In this document: positions 49,145 through 64,000 of the stretch, in pieces
Layout: each line of letters opens with the position of its first letter
Position numbering within the stretch: position 1 is the first letter of the stretch
Source of the DNA: the human T2T-CHM13v2.0 reference genome, Homo sapiens
Length of the DNA stretch: 64,000 nucleotides
Direction: 5' to 3' (one strand)
NCBI RefSeq assembly: GCF_009914755.1
Contig: NC_060935.1
Translations under genes and position numbers: made by a program
Notes under the pieces: generated by a model
Databases searched by the model: none
Told to the model about the DNA's origin: nothing
What the model saw: only the letters and a program-made list of their open reading frames with translations

Positions 49145-49960
49145 TAAAAGAATGTTTTAAGAAATAATTTTAAGTTGCAAAGATAGTAGAGGGTTCTTGT
49201 AAAGCCTTCTTCCAGTTTCCTCTGTTAACATCTGACATAACCATAATACGTTTATCAAAACTGAGAAATTAACATTGACACATTACTAGTAAGTAAACTA
49301 CAGACTTTGTTCAGATTTCACCAGTTTTGCCATTAATGTCTTATTTTCTGTACAGTGTCCAATCCAGAGTACTATGTTGTGTTTAATTATTCTGTCTTCT
49401 TAGTCTCTTTCTATTTATAATTTTTCCCCTTTTTCTCTTTCTTTGTCTTCCATGACCTTGACACTTTTGAGAACTAGTGGTCAGATATTTTGTAGAATGT
49501 CCCTCAATTTGGGTTTATCTGCATTTTCTCATGATTTCTGGAGTTACAGATTTGGGGCAAGAATGTCACAGAAATGATATGTTCCTCTCATCTCATCACA
49601 TTATAAAATACATAATGTTGGTGCATCTTATTACAGCAATGTTAACCTTGGGCACTTGGTTAAAGTGTCTACCAGATTTTGCTGTGTAAAGTGTCAATTC
49701 TTCCTTTTCCATAGCCTATTTGGTAGAATCAAGTCACTAGGTTAAGCTCACACTCAAGGGTAGGGGAGTTTAAGTTCCATCTCCTGGAGAAAGGAAAATC
49801 AAATGATTTGTAGATACATGTTAGAATCACCACAGCTATTTACTTTGAGGGAATTAACCTCAAGGCTATGCAACTGTCCTGCCTCTCCTGAAAGTTTTAC
49901 CCACTTGTTTTAGCATTCATCGTGGATCTTGCTTGCCCTACATTTATTATCACAGTGTCC
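49145..49960 (-). mobile_element. Old L1M (L1MC/L1MB-like) 3' region
   Basis: TTGCAAAGATAGTA, GGTCAGATATTTTGTAGAATGTCCCTCAATTTGGGTTT motifs of old L1 3'UTRs. Confidence 0.65.
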
Positions 49961-50014
49961 ATGGATTCTTTTTTTGTACAAAGAATGAAAATTCTTGTTC
50001 ATAAACTGCTTTGA

Positions 50015-50358
<344 letters not shown>

Positions 50359-51669
50359 TGAAACATTATTCATATGTCAAAGACTATTCATCCTAGAGGA
50401 ATGAAAATGAGGTATTGCCCTCCCGCTGACCTTTTTCTAGCCCTAACTTTAAGGTCAAACCACAGCTCTTAATTTATAAGGACACTGTAAAGTTTTCAGC
50501 TCGGATATTTCTTATGAAAATTAAGATGGGAGAGTTAAAAATAACAGAAGAAGTACCATCAACAAAGTGGGATAATTAAATACTTAGGCAGAAATTAATA
50601 AGACCCAGAGAAGCTTGTTGTGTTTTCAGTTTCATTAGCAAATCTCATTACTTCTGGAGTCTTAAATGTTGCTTAAAACACAAAGTTATTATCCCTCTCC
50701 TATGCTCTTTCTGGCATCTAGAAGCACATTTTATAGTCAATTCTCTTAGGAGAGATCAGGGTGGTGGCGAATGGAGGGACAAGAGCTTTATAAATTGTAA
50801 AAGTCCTACAAAGGGGAGAGATTGGTATTACCATTTTTCTAATTGCTCAATTTAAAAAAAAAAGCAAAAACTTGGCAACCCAACATTGCCTTGTTTCTTG
50901 GAGCAAAAGTGGGAAATAACTTTGTCTCCATCTGCTAGGGACACCAAAAACAGGCCGACTCTTTACTGAGTGTGTAATCTCCATAGGAAGTGGGATAGAA
51001 TAAAATGGAAGCCACACCAGAAAGAATCCTGAGTTCTACATTTTAACAAATGGCAGGGGCTCTGGAAGAGCTTCAAAATAAAGAGAAAAAAACAGTGGTA
51101 TCTGACAATGGTATCAGAACACTGATGTGGGATGATTAAATATTCAGAGGATAAAAAACATGCACATAGAAAGCCATTCAAAGGATTAAGAGAAAGGTTA
51201 TTTTGTGACTAAAAAGAGAAAAAAATTAAAATACCCACCCCCATAATGAATACTTCCTAACAGTACCATGGAACCTTGACTCTTGACTCTGTGCTGTACC
51301 TTGCATTCCAGATGACTTGTAAAGCAATGATTTATTGGTCCCAGAGCCAGTGAGCTTGGGAGCAGTTCAATAAGACAGTGTGGTCTGTGGGTCCTGAATC
51401 ATTATTCTACCTGGCAACCTTATGACACCTGCTGAATCTTGGAGGGGGCCAGGAGGAAATGATGTTGATTTATAGAGGGAGTGAAATTGTTTGTCAATGA
51501 AGGTATAACCGTGCTTCTTCCAGGCTCAGGCAACTATAGGAAACCAGATTGGCCTTTACTGACAAATTAACATAGGCCAAAATTTGGAAAAGAGAGCATT
51601 GCCTTGCATTTTTATTAAAACCTTGTACTTTTGTTAAAGATTTCACTATAGCTCTATTAATATACTTTC

Positions 51670-51954
51670 TATAATATTGGTCAAAGAATACAAAATGTCA
51701 TTTATATAGGAGAAATAAGTTCAAGAGATCGATTGTACCATATGGTGACTATAGTTAACAATATACTGTATTCTTGAAAATTGCTAAGAAAGAGGATATA
51801 AAGTGTTCCTACCACAAAAATGATAACTATGTGAGGTAATGCACATGTTAATTATCTAGATGTAGCCATTTCACAATGTATGCATACTTGAAAACATCAT
51901 GTTATACATGATATATTCAATTTTATCTGACAATTTAAAAATTAAAAAAAAAAA
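51670..51954 (+). mobile_element. L1MA-type 3' end with A tail
   Basis: GGTGACTATAGTTAACAATA...CTTGAAAATTGCTAAGA...GATAACTATGTGAGGTAATGCA. Confidence 0.8.
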
Positions 51955-52023
51955 CTTTCTTTGAGATAATTGGTACAAACTTCTTTATAACATTCCCCAT
52001 AATGTTTGTAAAGTGGTGCTCTG

Positions 52024-52326
52024 GGCCAGGCCTGGTGGCTCAGGCCTATAATCCGAACACTTTGGGAGGCAGAGGTAGGTGGATCACTTGAGGTCAGGAG
52101 TTCAAGACCAGCCTGGCCAACACGGTGAAACCCTGTCTCTACTAAAAATACAAAAATTAGCTGGGCATGGTACTGCACACCTGTAGTCCCAGCTACTCAG
52201 GAGGCTGAGGTGGGAGGATCGCTTGAGATGGAGGTTGCAGTGGGCCAAGATTGCACCACTGCACTCCAGCCTGGGTAACAGAGCCAGATTCTGTCTCAAA
52301 AATAAATAAATAAGTAAATAAATAAA
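52024..52326 (+). mobile_element. Alu (old AluS/AluJ) with (AAAT)n tail
   Basis: Alu consensus. Confidence 0.93.
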
Positions 52327-53200
52327 GTAATGCTCTGATGGGTGAGCGTGATGCACAGTGTATGTATATCTTTCAAGAACTAGCTTTGTGTTTTCTAAAT
52401 GATCATAATACCCTACATTCATATGTGTATGTGTACGATATTACACCCTTAGTTTCATTTTCTTTTTATAAAAATCATGTGTTAAACCCATTTTGAAAGA
52501 TGAGGAAACTGATACTCAGAGACCTTAAATAACTTGGGTAAGGTTAACCAGATAGTCACAGAGCTAGTAGCCATAGAATGGAATGTGGCCCTTCACCCAG
52601 TTTTTCCACTGCACTGGTTCCTGGATAGAGAGTTTTGTGCTGCTAACCTCCTAATACCCATTGGAAAATAAGACAGGTACATGCGTTGTGGAGTTTGGCA
52701 GAATCAACCAAAAGCAATTCTATTTTCTTTACATTAAGCACCAAAAAATTAAAAGCTATCCAGGCTTGAATTTTAGATAGACAGGTAATAAGCTGTGATT
52801 GCTCTTAGATAGGGCCCCCCAGGAAGAAGCTCTCAGCTCTGGATGGCAGACACATGAATAAATAGTCAAACCCATCATAAGAATAATTCTGCCTGGGATT
52901 TGGGAAGGAGCTGCTCAGAAAAAGTGGGGACGATTCTTTAATGGACTCCAGAGTCTAGAGCTTCAAAGCCGAATCTGGGAGAGCCTTGCGTATGGCACAG
53001 AAGCTTGGAAGGAAATTAAAACCAGCAGAGAATGTAATTACCTGAGTAGGAAATGGGCTGCAATTTACCTTCCCCAAGGGTGTGCATTCTTTGGTTACTA
53101 AAAAGGTACTTGCTTTCAATGAGTTTAGTACAATAAATGGATTTTCTCATCCTTGTAGTGGATTTTAAAATCCAAATGTTGTGACTTGGGCTGCAATTTA

Positions 53201-53512
<312 letters not shown>

Positions 53513-55599
53513 ATTATGCTATTAGGGACACACATATATGTATTATGGATTATATATTAATGGCCTCTTAGTCAGTAAATTAACATTGAATAGAATTTGT
53601 TCAAGGTACCGATTTCATTCTAATTAAGCCTGAAGTCTATGTTGCTCTTGAGGAGAAATAATGAAAATATTTTAACAATTCCAATCAGATACCATTCTTT
53701 TAAGAATAGGAGTTGGTGGAAAGAGTGAGTGATGTAATCAAATTCCAGTAATTATTTATATCCACACATTCATTCTTGTAATGCTGGCCTTCCAAGTATT
53801 TCCCAGTGTAGAAACTAACTTTTATATATTGAAGGCCTTAACTGAAGATGAATCCAAGATCCTGATAAGACACATGACGTTTTAAAAATGTGAACATTTA
53901 ACCTTCCACATTCATAAATAAATTCATCAGGGTGAAGCAATTTCCAGGGGCATGGGCAATAATGTTGGGGCCTAAACGTCAGTATCTCATTTTAAGTTCT
54001 GTGTCTTGGTAGGATTTGTCCACTGCACTGGATTTAGATTCCTCCCATTAGGGAGCTGCCATTCCCCAGGATATTGCCAGGAAATCCCCTAAGTGTCAGT
54101 CTCAGTCCAGGTGACTCTCTGACTAGGCTTCCTTGGGAAGCAGAAGAGCCAAGGTGGGCTTCATGGGGTGCTCAGATTCCCCCACCCCCAACATTGGGAG
54201 AGCTCGGAAGCAATCACATCATTTCTGGGTCCTTGCTTTCTCCTTTTGCACAAAGTGGACATCCAAGTATTAATATTTAAGTATAGAAGAAATTACTGAG
54301 GAAAAATATAACATTGAATATTGCTGAGAAATGAGGGTAGTTCTAAAATAAGTCAGTTGATGAGAAGACAATAATTTCAGTGTAAATGGAAAATGAAATC
54401 TTTAGTATTCATGTTATCTTCTCTCTGAGCCTTTCTTTGAGTCTCTATCACCAGGATTTTAAGAGTTCATGGTAAGCTTTAAGTGAAAGCAGGAGGGACC
54501 TCAGCTCCTCTACTTAAAATCAAGGTCCGTGAAGCACTTGCTGACTGGCAGTCCTGGGGACATTCTGTGCAGAATTGCAGTGCCCTATAGTGTGAGACCA
54601 CTCACATTCCCAGCTTGTTCTAAAATGCCATTCAGAGCAACCACAACTCCAGACGGCTGGTCTTTGTGCATTTGGAAGAAGGAGAAGTGGGGCTCAAATT
54701 TAAAGCTTTCCATTATTATAGAGACAATAGCCAAGAAAAGTTCATTCTGAACAAAGTTTTATGTTAAAATATATTTTTTTTCTGCTTCCTGAGACTTGCC
54801 CAAATAGTTTCAGAAAACTTGGAGAGATTTTTGCCTATGGCCCTATTATAGTGGAACATCATGTTTCTTCTTGTCCTTTGCATATAATGACAAAGGAGCT
54901 AGCTGTGCTTCTAGTCGGCTCTGATTCTGCATTTTCAGCAGCATAAAGAAAAACATCTCATTCCTTTTATAGAAATGCAATCCCCTGAGGTTGTCCCTTA
55001 AAAGCTGTTTTGATTCATGGATGTTGTTGCTGCCAAATTCTCCAACTCCCAAACTACCACTATGCATTTTCTCTTGGACAGGGAATTTTAGGATCATCCC
55101 TCCTGACCCCATAATAAAGCCATTTATTTCTCCCTGAGATGGAAGATTCATTAATTTTTTTTCTTGTTTCTCCTTTGCAATTATCTCTATTACTACCCAT
55201 AATCTTCCCAATCTTTTTCAATAACATCCTGTGATTAAAGCCAATTGGCTCATGTTGAAAGCTAGAGGAAAGTTAACCAGGCACAGAAATATCACCCTTG
55301 GATTAAAGAAAACCAACTTTCACTAGGGTGGTGCTTGAGAGATTTTTGATAAGGAAGGGTGGATATTGAGCTGACACTAACGTTAAATATTGTTGTAAAA
55401 AAAGAAAAAAAGCTGATGCTCAAAATAGGGCTGAGTAACATAAGGTAGTTCCTTACGGCAGGCCAAAGGACAGTTTTGCCTGCAAATGAGGTCAAAGGAT
55501 GTCTTGTTGATTTTCAAATATCATCCTAATTATTATACTGGGCAGCATTTCAGAAGAAGAACTAGGGAATCTTAATAATGATAATAGTAGTAGCAGTAG

Positions 55600-55762
55600 T
55601 AGCCACCACTTATTTAGCTGAGTCATTTGCATTTATTATCTCACTTTATTCTTTCTATAACCCTTTAATATAGGCATTATTATCCTTGTTTTATAGAGAG
55701 GCTAAGTGATTTGCTCAAGGTCACCCAGCTGGTAAGTAGCAAAGTGAGGATTTGAACTTGGG
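55600..55762 (-). mobile_element. MIR fragment
   Basis: GAGGCTAAGTGATTTGCTCAAGGTCACCCAGCTGGTAAGT MIR core. Confidence 0.65.
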
Positions 55763-56299
55763 TGTGAACGCCCGAGTTATTTTATGCCCAGGATTGTGCT
55801 TGGCATCGTAGGGGAATATAACAGAAGCACAAACACTTTTCTTGCCTTGAGTTAACAGTTTGACTTGGGACACTAGGAATCCTTAAAGAACACTGAACAA
55901 TCGTATACAACTAAATCCCCTCAGTACTTAATCCCCTGTTACTAGTTAATACCTTTTTAATATTAGATAGTCCTTGTTCATGTTACTCGTGTAGCTTCTG
56001 TCTCCTGATTAGATCCATGCCATGGAGGCCACACACTGATAGGAGCTGAGAAGAGGCAAGGAATGTGGAGGGCAGTGTTTGAAACCTGGAGACACTGTTT
56101 ATTGGCGGTAAAACCTTGGGCACATACCTGCCCTTTCAGTCAGCTTCCTCATCTAAATTGACCCCAAAGGAGTGTTGGAGAGAAAAATTAAAAAGTGTGA
56201 GGAAGTGAGTTTGTATACAGTAAGTCTTCCTTTAACAAAAATGACAACATCAATGCTAATATAATAGCTCAGAAACAGTGCTATTAAAATTCAGATGTA

Positions 56300-56474
56300 G
56301 GCTGGGCTCAGTGGCACATGCACCCGAGGTCCTGCCTACTCAGGGAAGCCGAGGTTGGTGGATCGCTTGAGCCTAGGAGTTCAAGGCTGCAGCGAGCTGT
56401 GATTGCATCACTGCACTCCATTCTGGGCTACAGAGTGAGACCTGTCACTAAAATTAAAAAAAAAAAGAAAAAAA
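56300..56474 (+). mobile_element. Alu monomer (FAM/FRAM-like)
   Basis: Single Alu arm of about 150 bp plus A tail. Confidence 0.85.
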
Positions 56475-56591
56475 GTGAACTCTATTACAAATAAAAGGCA
56501 TACCACCACCACACTTGTTTTTAGTAGGAATATTTTAAATCAGGCTTGTGTTTGGGCCTGTGAACCTGGTCCATCATTTCAACTCTTCTAA

Positions 56592-56999
<408 letters not shown>

Positions 57000-57574
57000 T
57001 GAAGAGAGGGGATGACAAATCTTATTTCTTGGGTCTCAGCTCTCCTTCATGTCAATTTTAGTGCCCTGTACACATTAATTTACATGCAGTAGGTGATTTT
57101 TATTCAGTATGCTTTTTTGTTTAAGGTCCTCTTTCTCAAATATCTCCCCTGTTAAGGTGCCACAGTGGGTAAATGTTACCATTTTTCTGATTTTTGGATA
57201 AAGACTACTGTCTGTAGATATTCTTTTTAAATTGATTTACTCCTGGAAGGATTAACATATGGAACTGCTAGTAATCTTTCATAACTTAATGTGAATTAAC
57301 CTATCAGGTAATTTCCAAATAGGAAATGACCAGACAACATGGAACACTTGGGAGAAAGAAAATGCATTGAAAGTTAGGGGAGGAGAGTGAGGGAAAGGAG
57401 TAGGCACAGACTACTAATTCTACTAATTCTGATGAGAGCTACACCTACACACTGGATATGTACAATAGATATTCTCTTATCTCACAGATGCAGATTCTCT
57501 TATCTCAGATATAGGAATTATAGCAGAACTTTACCTGCTATCAGTAGATTTGGGTGATAACATAATACAGAGCT

Positions 57575-57812
57575 TAAATGTGTAGGCTCTGTAATTAGCT
57601 AGATCTAGGTTTGAGTTTCAGCTCAGACATCATCTAGCTGTGTAATATTAGGCAAGTCATTTTACCTCTCGGATTCACTGTTTCCTCATCTGTCAAATGG
57701 GGATAATAATGGTAGCTACACAGAAAATCTCACTGAGGATTTAGAGAAATAATGCATGTAAATGATTAGCACAGAATTTAGCATGCAGTTAGTAGCATTA
57801 ACTATTATTATT
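57575..57812 (+). mobile_element. MIR
   Basis: GGCAAGTCATTTTACCTCTC...GTTTCCTCATCTGTCAAATGGGGATAATAAT. Confidence 0.8.
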
Positions 57813-58682
57813 ATGGTTACTAAATATTACCCAGAGTTAGGCCATGGAAAAATAGTCTCATTGTGGTATTATGAATCCTGTGACAATCACAGGATACAAA
57901 CTACTGTGGTCAGCCTGATAATGACAGTATTAGATGTTGATATTTTCCTAGAAATCATAATTAAGTCCTAAATTTTTTTTTAAATTTTTTATTTGGAATA
58001 ATTTTAAATCTGTAGAAAAGTTGCAAAGATAGTATAGTTCCCAGGTACCTTTCACCAGCCTCCCCTAATTTTAACACACTGAAAATATCTTTGTAATGTG
58101 TTTAGATATATTAATAATAACATTCTCACCATTCTACTAGTTCTAGTTCTTGTCTTTTTTCTGGTTCCTGTTTACTGATATCTAGCATGGTAGACAGAAT
58201 TTTTGCCTTCATTTCTTCATTACCAATGGTAATTTTAATATCCGCATCCTTGCCATAGTCTCACAGTGGGCAGAGTCTCACAGTGGGCAGAGTATATGCC
58301 TCTATTCCTTGTCTTAAGGTTTGGCCATGTGATTCCTTTTGGCCAGACAAAACACAAGCAGAAACTTAAAGTGAACTTATGCAGTTGGAGCATTTGGGGA
58401 GAGAGGAAAAATAAACAGAGGTGCAGTCAGTCATCTTGAACTTGAACTTGAATTCCCCAATCTTCTGTAACAATAATAGAAGTGCTAAGACCTCAGAATA
58501 ATTTATTGAGAAATACTGAGCTCATATTTATAGTGGGATCTGTTTACAATCTTATGCTATATTTTAATGTAAATATGAATATATACACATGTATTTTATT
58601 GTATGCATTCTTTATGTCCTCTATAAAGGATATGCAGTGAAGTTCTGGTATTATTTTCTTTTCATTGAGTCCTTTATTTAAA

Positions 58683-58868
58683 GCACTGGTTCTCAACCTT
58701 GGTTACACATAGATATCTGATGCCAATGTCTCGCCTATAGAAACTACGATTCAATTATCTGTTTTGGGACCCACTCGCCAGTTGTTTTTTGTCTCTGTTT
58801 TTGTTTTGCTTTGCTTTCTAAGCCCCTGAGGTAATTGTGATATGCAGCCATGTTTGAGAACCACTGCT
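58683..58868. mobile_element. MER5-like hAT-Charlie DNA transposon
   Basis: Terminal inverted ends CACTGGTTCTCAAC ... TTTGAGAACCACTG. Confidence 0.7.
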
Positions 58869-60581
58869 TTAGAGTATATTTTGAGATCCTAAATGTATAG
58901 TTTCACACCTGATTTCTCTTTCTGCATTAGATTGTTTCAATGAGTCCATTCATTCCTTCATGCAATGCTGATGGCCCTGTCATTACAAAGACTGGTAACT
59001 GTAATATCACCTGCCCTATAGCTTGTGCTTCAAGCAATGCTGCAAAAGTTGAAAAACAGGAAATGCAGTTGATTTGGAAAATGACACCCTCCTGGAAGGA
59101 GGAGGGAATTATAGCATGAAAAAGGAGCTGAGTAACACACATATATGGGTACACTTATTCTATAACTGCCACTTATATAATTATAAATATTTAAAATCAG
59201 TGTGGCCAGCATTGTCTTCAACTCCTGATTCACCTGTATGTGCTCTGGCTTTCAATTTCTTGAAGAAATGTTTCTGGGAGAAAACAAGGGCAGTCAATTA
59301 TCCATGTCATGAGAAAAATCTCTCACCTGCTCAGATACCTGCCCAGGTGAGAGGATGTGGTTAAGAAAAAGAGCTAGCAAATAAGATCATGCACTCCCTT
59401 TCCTGTATTGTGTGAAGGCAGTTTCATTGGGCTCAATGAAGGAATCAAAGGGAACGTGGTCAAATGCATCACATCACTGGCTCATTGGCATCTAGTCTTC
59501 CCATTTTTAAACCAGAAGCCAACAGGAGGTTGACTTGGAATTTTGACTTCCTTCATTTTACATCTTTGCCTTTCTTCTTTCAGACTTTTCCAGGCTTGAA
59601 TTTCCAGTCAACCCTTTGTCTTCACTCAAGGTTACGTTATTCCAACCTCTTTTCCTCTCATTCGTCAATGGTGTCATTAGAAGTCAGGATCCTCAAGTTC
59701 CAATCCAGCTCTGCCTTTCATTCAGTTGTTTCACTCTCTGAGCCTTAAGTTTTTTACTTCATTTTCTAGATCAAAAAAAAAAAAGAGAGAGAGAGAGACT
59801 CATGATACTTGTCCATCTCTAGGATTATTTGTAGGTTTAAATGAAATAATGTCTCAGAAAGGGCTTTGTAATTGTCAATTTATTCTCAGTGTTGACTGCT
59901 TACCTGCCATTGCTATGGGAAAATGGGAAGCTATTAAAATATTCAATCTTGATCTTTATTCTTCCCTTTGAAACCAACAGGGATTTTGGGTGACAGAACA
60001 AAGAACAATTTTAAGTGAATATTGAGTAGACAAATATGCCCAGATTGTTTCAAATATTACAGAAGAAATTAGAAACCAAAATGAAAAATTAAAAAAATTC
60101 CAGAACAAGGAGGTTTTCTTTATCAGAATTTGTTGATTATTCATTTTGGAATTTGAGTAGAAATAAAATTCCTATGAATACATTATTTTCAAATATGGAT
60201 TAATAAGAACAGGAGAATAAAGTCTTTGGCATCAATTTCTGGATTCCTTACAATATCCCCCCAACTTATCAATCACACAAGGAGTTATGCCCTACAGAGG
60301 TGTTTGTGAAAGTCACAGGCAATGAGTACCAACATAAAACATTTGGATTCTCATGTGCAATTGACGAAGGTCAGCTACCACCAACCAGTTCCCTTCCTGT
60401 CTTCCTCTGTCCCTCTTTGGGCTAAATTCCTTCAAGATCACCTTGCAGTCAGCAACATCTTCCTGGTAATAGCAGATAATTCTTACTAAACACTCCCAAT
60501 GTTGCCACTGTTGGTATATTGGTATATTGTTGCTTTATTGGTATATTTCATTTGACTCTCACAATAAGACTACAAGGTGGA

Positions 60582-61356
<775 letters not shown>

Positions 61357-61704
61357 GCACACATTAATATCATCATGGCCATTTATATAAGGGGAGAGCC
61401 ACATTTGAGGGAAGCTGAGAAACTAGACCAAAGTCAAGTGGCATAGTCAAAATTTGAATTCTGAAAGTCAAACTTCAGAGTCAGCACTTTTAACTGGTGA
61501 CCCTTAACAGTCCATAATAGTACTGTTGAATGCTGGCCCAGTGTGCGGCACCTGTGGTGATCACACATGGTATCATTACTGGTTTCCCAAATAGTCATTT
61601 TCCAAGACCTTGGGGGTAAAGAAGAGTTCTACACTCCTTCCCTGATATCACTCAGCCTTTGGGTAGTAGAGAAATGGAATCACCATCCTATTTCCCTCCC
61701 TACC

Positions 61705-62068
61705 TGCTATGGTCTGAATGTTTGCGTCCTCCTCAAATTCATATATTGAAACCTAATCATCAATGTGATGATATTAGGAGGTAAGGCCTTTGGGAGGCAA
61801 CTAGATCATGAAGGTGCAGTCTTCATGTATGGAATTAGTGCCCTTATAAAAGAGGCTCCAGAGAGCTGCCTTGCCTCCTTTCATCGTGCAAGAATACACT
61901 AAAGAAGCGTCATCTATGAACCAGGAAATGAATCCTTACCAGACACAGAATCTACTAGCACCTTGATCTTGGTCTTCCCAGGCTCCAGAACCATAAGGAT
62001 AAATTTCTGTTGTTTATAAGCCACCTGATCTATGGTATTTTGTTATAGAAGACCTTGTGAACTAAGGC
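61705..62068 (+). mobile_element. MLT1A/MST-type MaLR solo LTR
   Basis: TGCTATGGTCTGAATG...ATTAGTGCCCTTATAAAAGAG...ATAAATTTCTGTTGTTTATAAGCCACC. Confidence 0.85.
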
Positions 62069-63653
62069 TCTACCCTTTCAGTTTCCAGCAAAGCATTTAG
62101 AGCTTCTAGATACATTCAGAATAAGGGGAGTTTGTTGAAGGTGACACTAGATCCTGAGTTAGCAGAAACTCATACCTCTAGCTATACCAATGGATATTAT
62201 TACAATTTCTTGTTAAGTACTGTAATTAGTCATACACATGGGTCTGAATCATCTCTTGGCCTAAACTACCATTTCAGTTTCTCCTTAGGCAAGGGAAATA
62301 GTGCAACTGCTATACACAGGTGGATACCTGTGCATCATGCATACATACCTATATTTATTTACATATCCATTGCAGCTCACAAATAAAGATCCCAATGATA
62401 AATAATGACTACCTATTTAGTGATGACCATTTATGGGCTAGGGTCTTTATACACATCCTTACTTACTTGAATTTTCACAATAGTCTTGTGAAATATTGTA
62501 ATACTGTCTCTTTTTTTTTTATAGATTTGAAACTCCCCAAGATCACTAGGGGAAGGGGTATTTAAACTCAAATTTGTCTTGCAAACCACATGTTTCTAAT
62601 CACTCAACTTTTCTGTTTTTCTATTTTGCTTCCTTACACAAGAGTCTATTAGAGGCGTGCTCTCTCTCTCTCTCTGTAGAAGTGTTATTGTGTGATTAAT
62701 AAAAGACAGAGATTTTGGTTTATCTTCACCAGTGGAAGGCTTTGATACATTACTCAATGTTCTCTGTGGTATCCTATATTGGATAACAGTCTCAAGCTCA
62801 AAATTAAAGATTTCTTTAGATCAAATTTGATTGCAATCAACAAAAATTTACCTAATTAAAACTTTGGAGAGATTTCTCAGGTTCTTCACCATGGGAAAAG
62901 GGCTTTGAAAGCCTAAAGAATGAAAATAAGGCATTTCCTATCATGAATAATGATGTGAAATTGTCTTAGAAAGGATTTTTTTTGTTGTTATTGCAAAGGA
63001 TAGACACCTACTAAGTCAGCGAAACAAAGAGAGGGAATGCATAAAGAAGCACAGTTGTCTAACTGAACCCAGAATAATGCAATGGGGTCTCAGGAGAAAA
63101 GGTATCCACTACAGACCCAGCTCCTAGAACAATGCCTAATTTAAAGTCAGGGTTCAATAAATACTTGTTGAATGGAAGAATGAATGATTTCTAAATTTCT
63201 AGGAAATAGAATCCACTTTGCTCAGCTTGGGTCAGGTGTTCATAACCCAGTTCAATCAGTTTTGGCCAGAGGCAGAATTATATAGGGCCCTGGTGGGAGG
63301 AGAGGATGTGTTTCTCAGAGAAGGAAGGAACACTGTGACTGAGAAGACACCTCAAAAGGTGACAAAGAAGCAATACCTACCTTGCCTCAATGGAGGGCTG
63401 AGTCCCCTTTCGAGTGTAACAACATGGCCCTGTTAGGGAAAGTGTCGTAAAATTGGGACAAGGTAGAGGTAGTTGAACAGAAAAGTCATCTTGATCATAT
63501 TTTGCCTTTATACTTTTGAATATTGGAACAAATGAAATATTCTGAAAAGATGAAGAGAACACTTCTTTGTTTATGGAACTAACCAACTCTGTTGAAAGTG
63601 TCATGGATGTGTGTGTGTTTGTTTTGCCCAGTAGGGACAATGTTGTTAGGGGA

Positions 63654-64000
63654 TGCCATGGTGTGAATACCTGTGTCCCCCCCAAATTCATATGCTGAAA
63701 TCTTGCTCCCTCAAGGTGACAGTATTTGGGAGGTGATTAGGTCATGACAGTAGGGCCCCGTGAATGGGATTATTGCCCTTATAAAAGAGAAGCCCCAGAG
63801 AGCTGCCATGCCTCTTCTACCATGTGAGGACAGAACAAGAAGTTGCCATCTATCTGAAAACAGGCCTTCACCAGATACCGAATCTACTGGTGCCTTGATC
63901 TTGGACTTCCCAACCTTCAGAACTGTGAGAAATAAATTTCTGTTTTTCAGAAGCCACCCAGTTTCCGGTACTATTTTTTTTTAATAGCACCCTGAATGGA
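63654..64000 (+). mobile_element. MLT1A/MST-type MaLR solo LTR (runs to window edge)
   Basis: TGCCATGGTGTGAAT...CCCTTATAAAAGAG...AGAACTGTGAGAAATAAATTTCTG. Confidence 0.85.

Noticed and set aside
58257-58293. Tandem 17-bp duplication AGTCTCACAGTGGGCAG
   Set aside because: Two copies, ordinary slippage in an old repeat; not CRISPR-like

Overview
Human (or great-ape) genomic DNA covering the 5' two-thirds of the PAX6 locus (11p13) on the minus strand, plus about 40 kb of upstream sequence. Coding exons 4, 5, 5a, 6, 7 and 8 can be placed to the base from splice consensus and translation (paired domain, linker, start of homeodomain); exons 9-13 lie left of the window. Also visible are non-coding exons 0-3, promoters P0 and P1, the intron-4 alpha/neuroretina element, intron-7 conserved elements, the lens-ectoderm and pancreas enhancers, and probable + strand lncRNAs (PAX6-AS1, PAUPAR). 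Bases 1-34 kb are CpG-island rich and essentially transposon-free; 34-64 kb is AT-rich and full of Alu, L1, L2, MIR and MaLR elements. Almost all of the ORF track is spurious. The most interesting derived result is a layered uORF/overlapping-ORF circuit in the spliced 5' leader. An exon-2 ATG (MPHK...) looks like the frameshifted relic of the fish Pax6 N-terminal extension. Inclusion of the GC-donor exon 3 decides whether it is an 8-aa uORF or a 75-aa ORF that reads over the PAX6 start. Other finds are a 59-bp near-perfect G-U-biased hairpin, a tailless 5'-half tRNA-Gly retrocopy whose CpG decay created a splice donor, and a 7SK fragment. Element names and the fish comparison come from recalled knowledge, not searches.
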